DNA of 64,000 nucleotides from Geosiphon pyriformis uo1. Its lineage: Eukaryota; Fungi; Glomeromycota. This document shows positions 44,959 to 56,417 of the stretch, piece after piece. The stretch is from positions 290,389 through 354,388 of the forward strand of contig JAAOMT010000678.1 of NCBI GenBank assembly GCA_016748015.1. Direction: 5' to 3'. The notes under the pieces are model-generated. The model saw only the letters and a list, made by a program, of their open reading frames with translations, did not search any database and was not told where the DNA came from. A program made the position numbers and the translations under genes. The stretch's first letter is position 1, and each line of letters starts with the position of its first letter.

Positions 44959-45950
44959 TGTTACCAGTAAAATTTTAGCTATCAATTAGCATGAAATTAT
45001 CCTTATAATTTCTATAAATTAATTAGTATATTAATATCATTTCAAATTATTACTTATTATTTAATCAATTATCACATATCACAATTCAATTAAATAATCC
45101 AATTAGTATAACAGAAAGTAGGATGATCAAATTACACAATACCCTGAACTTTGTAACATTCTAAAATTTGCCGAAATTTACAGAAATTTGCCGAAATTTA
45201 TAGAAATTTGTCGAAATTATGAATAGTTTATCCAAATTAATCAATAGTTCAGCAAAATAACTTGTAGTTTATCAAAATGTATCTTTAGTTCGCCAAAATT
45301 TGAGCAAAAAGAAAAAGTGCAAGTCCATAGACTAGTACTACAACAAGTTGTATAAAAGAAGAGCTTTTCTCTTCAAGAAAATGTATCTTACTTTAGATTT
45401 ATCACTTAGAACCATTCCTATACACAAAAAAAAGAAATAAATATCAAATAATTCAAAAAACCAAATTCTTTAATTATTGCACTTGGAAAATCCCCAAAAC
45501 CCAATTAACATTTTGAAATTGATTAGCTACCAATTTCAGTAAACTGTTAATGACTTCAGGCCTGGATAGAAAACGTTTTTTTTAACAGAATTCAATTTTT
45601 TTTACATTTTTTTTACATTTTTTTTATTTTCTTATTATAATCATTAGGATAGCCTACAGACAAAATTCCTGTAGAAGAGTTGACTTTTACAGCAAAGTAA
45701 CTACACATTTTTAGTGAGCTTTCAGACAAGCAATTCTTGGAAAAGAGTTGACGTTTACTACAACATAACTACATAAAGTAACTGGCAAGAAATTGGCCAT
45801 TCCACTTATAAGCCTAGCAGTTCAAATTATAGGAGATAATTGGAAGATAAATTCAGTTACTGGAGGTTCAACTACTTCTAAAAAACGTGAATTTGCAACC
45901 AACAGACATTTAAAACATTCAAGAAAAGAGACCAAAAACCTCTGGTAATA
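44959..45950 (+). repeat. 5' LTR of element D
   Basis: TGTTACC...GGTAATA; direct repeat of 53432-54444. Confidence 0.95.
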
Positions 45951-45952
45951 TT

Positions 45953-45964
45953 TGGTGCTCTCTC
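45953..45964 (+). other. Primer binding site (TGGTGCTCTCTC)
   Basis: TGG begins 2 nt after the 5' LTR end, complementary to tRNA CCA; primer tRNA not identified. Confidence 0.75.
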
Positions 45965-45995
45965 ATAGAAATAATACAGCAACAACAAATTCAAA

Positions 45996-48900
45996 GTGGC
46001 AACCACACCAGACACAACAACTCTAGAGTATCATCAGTCAATTTACACCCACTGCAAGCAAAGATTCAACATCCCAGACGGAATTGAAGTTGTCAAGAAA
46101 TCAGTATACCAATATATTAAAAATTGCATCAACAATTATTTTTTTGGAAACTACAACATTTCAGAAGTTAGAAGCAACCTCTACAATAATTTAGTGCACT
46201 ATTCACAATTGAGAACAGAAGACCTGAACAGTGAAACACTTGCTACCTACTTCCAAGAACTTAATTTTAATATTATTGAGTATTGTGAAGAAAAATACCC
46301 AGTACAGCCCAAATATTCTTTTAACTTTGAATCAGAAATAGAGACAAAGAACAAAGGCAAACAAAAAGTGAAACAATACTTAAGAACCACTTCAAACACT
46401 CCAATACTACCAAAGACAATTGTCAAACACTTGCAAATACCTGAACAAGGAACCAGTGTCAAATTACCACTTTTTATTACACCATTTCCAATTTTACTTG
46501 TTCAACCACAAACACCAAGTTCACTACTTAACTGTTTCTCCAGATCAGAAGATTTTCAGTCACCTAAAAATTCTACTCAACAACAAGAACCAATATTAAC
46601 AAGTGCCAATATCATTGATTACTTACAGGAAAACGAAAATAATCATTCAGAAAGCTTGGAAAGTAAAGAAACTAAATTAGAACTAGAAGAAATCACAGGA
46701 AATGTAGAAGAAATAACAACTGCTTACATTGCAAAAATTCCAGAATTCACTAGTAAAGACAATGATACCAGTCCTCAAGAATGGCTTGACAAAGTTCAAA
46801 AAGCAGGAGATGCAAATAGTTGGATTGCAGCAAGAATGCTCAAAGCAATTCCTTACTTTCTCCAAGAAACAGCAGAAGAATGGTTTGAAAATTTAGAAGA
46901 ACTATTTGAGAACTGGTAAGCATTCAAAGATGCTTTCTTACAACAATTCACTGACAACAACACCTCTATTACTCTCCACAATTGCTTTCACAATATCAAA
47001 CAAAAAACATCTGAAACTGTTATGACCTATCTTGGAAGATTCAACAAACTTCTTTGACGGATTTGACAATTGGAAACCAATGATTACTATTCTGATGCCC
47101 AGATTTTGAATCAGTTTATAGCAGGATTAAAGAACAAATTAATCAAGAAAGTTTGCCCACATGCTCCAGCAGATTTAGCAACTGCCATTAGACATGCAAA
47201 GAGCTATGAAATGGCAATGGAAGAAGCAAATCACACCAAACTTGTAAACCTTGCAATTGGAGAAACCAGCTCAGCAGCTGAAGAAAAGATAGACCAACTC
47301 ACAAAAAAAGTTGAAAGCTACTTTACAAACCAACAACAACAACAGCAACAACCACAAAGATACCAACCTCCACAACACAACCAAAACAATTTTGGATCAT
47401 CATCTAACAACCATCTCAAAATTGTTATTATTGTGGAATTCCAGGACACTGGAAACGAGATTGCAGGAAATTGCAAAGAGACCAACAAAATAGAAGTAAT
47501 TAACGTTATTTTTCACCACAACAATCTTATTACCAACCTCCACCACCAACTTATTATTCACCAAGACCCCAAAATCAAAACAATTACTATCAACCAGCTT
47601 CACAACCAATGCAGCAACAATATCAGCAATCTTTACCAATTCAGCAATATTAGACACAACACACTTAACAATATCAAGTACTAGCCAGAAAATTGGTTCA
47701 ACATAACCAATTCACACCTCAAAATCAATTTCAGAATAACAACAATAGAATCAACCCAAATAACCAATTAGTTCCCCGAAATTCTGGTCAGCAAAGACCA
47801 AATTACTTTCACACTCAACCCAGTTATTTAACAATGACTGAAGAATCGAATTTTCAACAAACTGCACTTTCTGAAGATAAAGCTGCAGTACCAAGAACAA
47901 ATCTTTCCAACTATACCATTCCACCAGCTCAAATTGCTCAAAATGCCAACCTCTTAAATATATTCCCATTCGAATTTGAAGCAAATGAATCACCATTCTT
48001 GCTTAGTAATGCAACAGCTAATGAACAAAAAGCCATTACTGCCATGTACACTAAAGCTACAGTTGAAAGAAAACCCATTTGATTAATTTTAGACAGTGGA
48101 TCAGCTGGAAGTATTATCACTTACCAGTTAATGCAACAGCTTCAAAAAACTGTTAACAGACTAGCCCAAACTGTAATTGTTACAGCAGATGGTATGAAGA
48201 AGACACCAGTAGGAGAAATTGACAATTTTCTATTTACCATTGATGAAATCACCATTCCAGTCAAAGTGCTAGTCATGGATGCATCCCAATACCAAGCTCT
48301 GGTCGGAAATGATTGGCTTCTTAAAGCCAATGCAAACTTAGATTGGGAAACTCAAGAACTAAAAATCTCATACCAAGAACAATACACTATAGTACTTGCT
48401 ACTTGTGGTACTTTTAACAAACAATCAGAAAAAACCCCAGTATTTGAATTTAAAGAGAAGAAAAAAATGCCACTCACTGAAACCTACATGGCACTTGAAT
48501 CAACATCCAATTGGGCTAAGGAAACAAAATAAGAGATTTTTGAAAAATCAAGAGAATGGAAAAAAGTTAGATATTCTATACCAGAATGATAGAAACAACC
48601 ACCCTATATTCCACTCAAATGCAAAGATTGCAACAAGAAACTTTTATCAATAGGAGCATGTATTTCTCCAGAAGAGAAATATGAAACTCGTACCTGTTAC
48701 TTTTGCAAAGCATGCCATAGAGAACGATTTGGATCTCCAAAAAGAAGTGGAAAATGGGAAAACACACTTTGTCTTACATGTGGAGATATGTTACCAGAAG
48801 AATGCAACTGGATTGATGTTGCAATGAGAGGAGAAGTATGTGATCAAACCTGTCAATATGCTCTATCAATTTCGAAAAAAGTCAGAAGAGGAACATCATT

Positions 48901-51601
48901 TGATGCAGCATACAACAGTACTTTCAATAAATTTTACCACTACCCTTATAATGCTGAAATGATTTTTGACCTAGCAATGACATTGATCAATGAAGCCACT
49001 CAAGAAGATGTCTGCCAAATGAAAGAAGCTAAATATATTGAGTATACTATAAAATTAGCTGGATTTGATTATGAAGATGAAGTAGAAACCTACCACCAAA
49101 TTGCAAGCCACACATATCCAACTCAAGAAGCTCAAATTCAACAATTAGAGCAAATGAACATTCAATTGTGTGAAGAATGCATCATGCCTTGTGATGACAA
49201 ATGGTGTCCAGAATTCTATGCTCTTAGCATTCCCCTGCCAAAAAAAAATGATGAAAATGAAATTAAATTTGGAGTATCTGAACTGGTAGAAGAACTACCA
49301 ACCACTCTCATCTATTTTCTTGAAAAGCAACTACCTCTACAACTTAAATATTTTGACAACCATGGCCAAGGAATCAGACCAGAAAATGTACACGAAATTG
49401 ATGCTGGATATGACTTAAGATACCCAAGAAAAGATACTTTAGTTCTCCAACCAAAGTCTTTGACAAAAATCAATCTCAAAATCACTCTTGAAATTCCATC
49501 TGGAGTAATGATTCAAATTGCATTTAGATCATTATTGGCAAGCAAAAAAATCAATGTTAAAGGAGGAGTTATAAATGCAAGATATACTGGAGACATTACC
49601 ATCATGTTATAAAATGAAACAGACAAATCATTCAGGATTGAACATGCTGAGAAAATTGCCCAAGCAATTTACCTATCTCTAATCAACATTTTGGGATTAC
49701 AATTAGTTAAAAACAGAGAACAATTGAGAAAAAGTGAAAAAGGAACTCAAGGTTTTGGTTTAACTGGAAGATTTACAGTTCCAGTAAACATAGGTCTTAA
49801 TATACAAGATGAATCTCACCAGATTTTTCAACTTCCACAACCAATTACCATTTCACTTTTTGGAGAACATCACGAAATTTACATTTGCTCAAAACTCACT
49901 ACTACTCAACAAATCTTTGAATCCAATGAACAAATTTGTTTGAAGCATGAAATATCAATTCCAAACATTTATATTCCCAAAGGAATGAAAAAATTTCGAG
50001 TTATATTCTATAACTCCAATAATTATCCTATTGTCTTATTGAACAAACTAGAAATTGGAATCATACACAGTAACATTTTTTAAGATGAAAATCCTCAAAT
50101 TGTCTCTAATTTCATCGAAATTATAAGACATACACTACTTCCAAATCCAAACATTATTTCTACCACTGAAAACTACCACCTTTTGAAAGAAAAACTTTCT
50201 TGAATTAACATGGATCCCTTAGAACCTCAACAACAAAAACAATTGAAACAATTGATAGCTGAATTTGCAGATATATTTGCAAAAGACAACAATGACCTGG
50301 GAAAAACAGATATTGTTCAACATTAGATCCATATAGGAGATGCTCCACCAAACCATCAACAAGCTTATTAAGTGTCACTTGCCAGCCACCAATTCATTAG
50401 AAAAGAGGTCCAAAAAATGCTCAATAACGGATTGATTCAACCAACAAGAAGTCCTTAGGCCTCACCAGTAGTTTTAGTTAAAAAAAAAATGGAAAAATCA
50501 GATTCTGTGTTGATTATAGACAACTGAATAGTGTTACAATTGGAAATGTCTACTCTCTTCCAAGAATTGATGACATGCTAAATGCTCTAGGAAAAGCCAA
50601 GTTCTTCTCAACTTTAGACCTGGAAAGTGGATACTGGCAAGTCGAAATGGACCCAAAAGATAGATCCAAAACAGCATTTACTACTCAAGAAGGGAACTAT
50701 GAATTCAATGTTATGCCTTTTGGACTCTGCAACATTTCAACAACTCATGGATGTTGTATATGAAGGACTCTTGTGGCAATCAGTAGTTGTCTATCTTGAT
50801 GATACTAATGTATACTCACCAAGCTTTGAAGCCCATCTCATTCACCTGTGAGAAGTTTTTCAACAATTACAAAAAGCAGGATTAAAGTTAAATATTGAGA
50901 AATGTCACTTTGGAAAAACAAGCTTGATCTTTCTTGGACACATAGTTAGTAAAGATGGAGTCAAACCAAATCCAGGAACAATCAGTGCTATCAAAAACTT
51001 TTAAACCCCCAGAAATACCACAGAACTACGAGGATTTGTAGGATTAGCCTTTTACTATCAAAAATTCATAAAAAGATTTTCAGAAATTGCCAAACCACTC
51101 AATTATCTTACTAACAAAAACGTGCCATACAAATAGACTGAAAAACAACAAAAAGCTTTTGAAACTCTCAAAACAAAATTGACAACAGCCCCAATTCTTG
51201 CTTATCCAGACTTTAACAAACAGTTCCAACTAGCCACTAATGTTTCACATATAGCTTTTGGTGCCATTCTATTACAATTGGATAAAAATGGCCAGGAACA
51301 AGTTATTGCCTATGCTAGTAGAACACTTAAGCCAACAGAACTCAAATATGGCTCAACTGAATTAGAAGCTGCTGCAGTCATCTGGACTCTTAAACATTTT
51401 TAACAATATCTGAAGAATGAAAAAGAATTTAACATAATAATTGACAATATTGGTTTCAAATGGCTTAATAAAAAGAAAACTGAACAAAATGCCAAACAGT
51501 TTCGATAGAATGACTTCCTAGCAGACTACAGATACATTGTATATTACAAACCAGGAAAACTACACACCAATGTTGATAGCCTCTCAAAAATGACAGATTA
51601 A
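45996..51601 (+). pseudogene. gag-pol of element D (capsid, knuckle, protease, Cys-rich domain, dUTPase, RT, RNase H)
   Basis: IAKIPEF..PQEWL capsid; CYYCGIPGHWKRDC 47423-47464; ILDSGSAGS ~48086; DAGYDL...GFGLTG 49400-49768; LDLESGYWQ, YLDD 50792-50803; RNase H LATNVS..GAIL; stop 51599-51601. Confidence 0.93.
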
Positions 51602-51658
51602 CATCAACAACAATTCCACCATAACTTACCAACTTACCAACAAAATAACTAAACAACA

Positions 51659-52614
51659 ATGGATCCCAGAAACTACAGCAATCTTAAAAACTATTTGGAT
51701 GCCAGAGAATTGGTCTCCAAGTAAAAAACATTGTTTACAACACCAATCAAAGCAATATTTCATACATCACAACAAAATCTATTATAAAAATCACAAAAAC
51801 CTCAAACCAACCACTCAGATTAGTACAAAAGAATGAAAAAGAAACAATTTTATATAACATGTACACAGATCTGACTTCAGCACACTTGGGAAAAGATGGA
51901 ACAATTCAAAGAACTCTTGAACATTATTTTTGGCCTCAAATGCAAAAAGACATTCAATAATATGTAAAATCTTGTGATAGTTGTCAAAGAAAAAAAGAAA
52001 CTCGCTCCACAGAACCTTTAAATCCAATCAAAGTTGGACAACTTTTTAACAGAGTTGGAATTGATTTAGTCGGGCCATTACTTATCACAATTCAAGAAAA
52101 TTGCTATATTGCAGTAGCAGTAGATTATCTTATCAAATGGTCTGAAGCTAGCGCCATCCAAAGAGCAGATGCAAAATCAGTAGCAAATTTCATCTATGAA
52201 GACATTATTTGTAGACATGGATGTCCAATTGAACTTTTATCTGATCAAGGAACACATTTTGTGAACAGTTCAATGTCAAAAGACTTCTATCATCACCTTA
52301 TTACCCTCAAACAAATGGACTTGTAGAACGTTTCAACAAAACATTGTGTGAATCTTTAGCCAAAGTCTCAACAGATTTTGAGCAGGAATGGGATATTTTT
52401 ATTCCATTAGTGTTACTAGCATACAGAACACTAAAACAAGATACTATTAAAAGTTGTACATGGAGATAGATTGAAACACTATTATTCCAGAAACAATTCT
52501 GAACCATTAATTCCACAAATTGGTACACATTCCCCTTTAATTAATCCTGAAGATATTTCCCAAAATTTAGAACCAATAATTATAATAGAACAACAACCAA
52601 ACTTGAACACTTAA
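51659..52614 (+). pseudogene. Integrase of element D (own ATG; internal deletions)
   Basis: MDPRNYSNLKNYL; CDSCQ; VGIDLVGPL; LSDQGTHF; NGLVERFN; C-terminal region partly deleted near 52452. Confidence 0.9.
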
Positions 52615-52743
52615 ATTTTACAATAATTTTTTAATAAAAACACAAAAACAAAAATAGTAAATAATTACAAAAAAAAAAATATAAACCCCATACCCAAAAA
52701 TAATTTTCTTTATTTTCTCTTTTTATAAGTAGTCAATTTTACC

Positions 52744-53397
52744 ATGATTATTCCCCGAAATATTCAACAAATATCTCAAAAGTTAATGTTAGCCTTGAAA
52801 ACACTTCCTGACTTATTCATAACAATTAATAGAAGTCAAATTAATTACATTCAGAAAGAAACCACAGCCCCAGTAGTAAATCATCCACAGAAATATCAAC
52901 CCTATAAAAGAAAAACAAGAAGTTACTTTGAAAATAGATTACCAAGACTTTTGAAGCAAGCACTGAAAGAAAATTTTTTAATTGCCCCTATTGATATTTC
53001 ACTGAATGCTACAATGCAACAAAAACTTTTACTACTTTTCAATGAACAGAACAATGAACACACTCTTATCTATAAATACTTTCATATTAGAAAGACACTT
53101 TATGAACGAAAACTGGAATTTGAAGCAACAAATCTCACTCCTGAAGCTATACAAAAACAAATTCACAATGAATTTAAAACAGCAGCTGGACCAACAAACA
53201 CTCGCTACAAACTTAGACCAGCTTTTAGACTTTATGATTTGTTTAATACTTGTGAAAATGTTCTACAAAATCTAATACTGCAATCAATGAAAGTCCAATA
53301 CATTGGCAAACTCACAGAACTGAAATTTCAACAATTTTCAGACCAGATTACTTCAATTATTTTGGATCACTATCTCAATATCACAGATAGTGTTTAG
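52744..53397 (+). CDS. Accessory ORF3 of element D, 217 aa, open, unknown function
   Basis: Open ORF with ACCATG start between integrase and PPT; homologous to decayed ORF3s of family 1; no signal peptide or TM segment seen. Confidence 0.75.
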   Translation: MIIPRNIQQISQKLMLALKTLPDLFITINRSQINYIQKETTAPVVNHPQKYQPYKRKTRSYFENRLPRLLKQALKENFLIAPIDISLNATMQQKLLLLFNEQNNEHTLIYKYFHIRKTLYERKLEFEATNLTPEAIQKQIHNEFKTAAGPTNTRYKLRPAFRLYDLFNTCENVLQNLILQSMKVQYIGKLTELKFQQFSDQITSIILDHYLNITDSV

Positions 53398-53418
53398 ACT
53401 TTGACAGAGCTCAGTCTT

Positions 53419-53428
53419 AAGGAGAAGA
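53419..53428 (+). other. Polypurine tract of element D
   Basis: AAGGAGAAGA 3 nt before the 3' LTR. Confidence 0.8.
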
Positions 53429-53431
53429 TTA

Positions 53432-54444
53432 TATTACCAGTAGAATTTTAGCTATCAATTAGCATGAAATTATCCTTATAATTTCTATAAATTAATTAGT
53501 ATATTAATATCATTTCAAATTATCACTTATTATTTAATCAATTATCACATATCACAATTCAATTAAATAATCCAATTAGTATGACAGAAAGTAGGATGAT
53601 CAAATTACACAATACCCTGAACTTTGTAACATTCTAAAATTCGCCGAAATTTACAGAAATTCGCTGAAATTTATAAAAAATTTGTCGAAATTTATAGAAA
53701 TTCGTCGAAATTATGAATAGTTCACCCAAATTAATCAATAGTTCAGCAAAATAACTTGTAGTTTATCAAAATGTATCTTTAGTTTGCCAAAATTTGAGCA
53801 AAAAGAAAAAGTGCAAGTCTATAGACTAGTACTACAACAAGTTGTATAAAAGAAGAGCTTTTCTCTTCAAAAAAATGTATCTTACTTTAGATTTATCACT
53901 TAGAACCATTCCTATACACAAAAAAAAGAAATAAATATCAAATAATTCAAAAAACCAAATTCTTTAATTATTGCACTTGGAAAATTCCCAAAACCCAATT
54001 AACATTTTGAAATTGATTAGCTACCAATTTCAGTAAACTGTTAGTGACTTCAGGCCTAGATAGAAAACGTTTTTCTTAACAGAATTCAATTTTTTTTACA
54101 TTTTTTTTACATTTTTTTTATTTTCTTATTATAATCATTAGGGTAGCCTACAGACAAAATTCCTGTAGAAGAGTTGACTTTTACAGCAAAGTAACTACAC
54201 ATTTTTAGTGAGCTTCCAGACAAGCAATTTCTGGGAAAGAGTTGATGTTTACTACAACATAACTACATAAAGTAACTGGCAAGGAATTGGCCATTCTACT
54301 TATAAGCCCAGCAGTTCAAATTATAGGAGATAATTGAAAGATAAATTCAGTTACTGGAAGTTCAACTACTTCTAGAAAACGTGAATTTGCAACCAACAGA
54401 CATCTACAACATTCAAAAAAAGAGACCAAAAACCTCTGATAACA
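53432..54444 (+). repeat. 3' LTR of element D
   Basis: TATTACC...GATAACA; direct repeat of 44959-45950 with one extra ~20-bp U3 unit. Confidence 0.95.
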
Positions 54445-54614
54445 TTGTTAAATGAAAAAAAAAATTAAAACCAGATTAATAATTATAAAATCTTTAAATA
54501 TAATTAATTTAAATATTAATAATAATATAATAATTTTTTTTTCAAAGTTAATAAAAATATAAAAGTTAAAAATTATATATTTAAATATTAATTTATTAGC
54601 AATTAATAATAAAT

Positions 54615-56417
54615 TTTTATTTTATTTTATCAAGAATTAACAAATAAGGCCCAACTACTACCTAAAACTATAGAACAAAATTGTCTCTATATTAAGTATG
54701 ACTCATATGTTCTCTATACATGACTAGCCATTTAAGCCAATTAAGACAACACTAAGTACTAAAACTATTAACTACAGAAATATTCTATAAAAAACCAAAA
54801 CTAGGATTGAATAAATGAGAATATAAACCAAAGCAAACATGAATACCTAATCTGATACCAAAATCAAAAATTACACTATGGGACCAAATAAAAAATAAGC
54901 CAACCACAGACAGTATTTCAGATTCATTACATGGCAGAAGACTATGTTTCTTATAATATGACCTTAACTTGGTAGTTGGCAATTATATGGCAGACCTGTG
55001 ACCTTCGGTAAAATCTTAAACCAACTTAATAATAAAATCAGCACTATTGAAACCATCACTTATAAGCCACTTCACATTAACCACTCATGTCTTCAATACA
55101 AAGTCTTTAGCAAGTGCCATATACAGTCTATCTGAAAATCTAGCCTTATGCAAGGATTGGACCACCATATTGTTAACAGTTTCCACACCCAGCATCTCAA
55201 CTTATATATTAACAGTTGTCAGAATTAACTCCTCTCTAGCACCAGTATTGTGAGCACAAGAGAATATATAATCAGAATTTTTGACCAGTTTGTATTGAAT
55301 ACACATTATGCTAGGATAACTCAGATTGTATTAACACTTCTTTTTGGCCATAGGCAAATGGTAATGAAAAGCTTTTATGAAGTAGAAGTAAAATAAAGCA
55401 GAGACAAAGCTGGTAAAACCAGCACAAAATCTGCCATCAAGATATTATACATGAAATGTTCTGTTCATATTGAATGAGTTGTGTAGTATATCATTCACAG
55501 CACCAAATACACACTTGGAATTCCAACCAACAAAATTAACAGCATCAAAAAGATGCCTAACAAAATAATAAGCATTCCTGGACACAGGCCTGTCTTCGAC
55601 AGAGAGAAAGTGACAAGACATATTAATTGGCAATATAAGATCAAAATCTGTAACAGTATTAGCCAAAAAGTCAGCATGCTCATTGCCCATGATACCAGAG
55701 TGGCCCTTAATCTTATTCCAGCAAACCAACAAATTTTTAGATTTAATGATTTTATAAACATGTTTTTTCTCTATCCAACATCTATCACAAAAATCTAGAT
55801 ACATTCTGCTTTCAAATAACAAACACATATCTAATAATGCCTGACTATCCATGAACAAATTAACAGAGCTAAAAGCCGAAATGCATTCTAATACAAGAGT
55901 GATAACATGTATTTCCACCAAAGTTGAGGAAAGCAGGCTGTATATCTTAATACTAACACCAGCATCAATGTCTGGGAAGTATGCAGCAGCATCATTACAA
56001 GCACCCACAGTACCCAAGCCCTTAATTAAACCATCTGTATAAATGACCACACTATTAGAATCACACTTCAAAAGACAGTTACCAACTAACTCAAAATTGT
56101 CCAAACAACAGCTAGGAGCAAAATTAGGAGTAAGAGGGTGGCTATCAATCAAATTGTCATCCCCAATAAACTTGACTAAAAGACTAAACCAACTAAAAAC
56201 TGGTCCTCTGGGGTCCAACCTCTTCTATTTGTGGAAACCACTCCATGTAAAACATGTAACCTGATAATCCAAAAGTTGATGCACAAAAATGATACCAAAC
56301 TTTTTTAAAGCACTTACAACACCCAAATAGCACTCCAAACCTAACACATTAACAACAGTAATACCAACACCAACTCGAAAAATGTTTGGCAGATTGTTGT
56401 CCAATGAAAGTCTACAT
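54615..56417 (-). mobile_element. LINE 3' fragment (RNase H, zinc finger, tail) on minus strand
   Basis: ORF 55445-56218 with VIYTDGLIKGLG and KIKGHSGIMGNEHAD; conserved tail (reverse complement) ~54630-54755. Confidence 0.9.

Larger units (their letters stand above)
44959..54444 (+). mobile_element. Full-length Ty3/Gypsy LTR retrotransposon, family 2 (element D), decayed
   Basis: Two ~1-kb LTRs about 96-97% identical by eye, PBS, PPT, 4-bp TSD (TCAT/TTGT), gag-PR-dUTPase-RT-RH, integrase, ORF3. Confidence 0.97.

Noticed and set aside
45770-45948. ~55-codon open frame in the family-2 U5 ending at the LTR terminus
   Set aside because: No start codon, an upstream stop is present in all three LTR copies, and there is no recognisable homology
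47405-47425. Programmed gag-pol frameshift in element D
   Set aside because: The frame change falls before the zinc knuckle with no slippery heptamer; it looks like a post-insertion indel, and knuckle to dUTPase is one frame
52744-53397. ORF3 as an envelope glycoprotein (endogenous virus)
   Set aside because: Too short, with no signal peptide, furin site or transmembrane anchor
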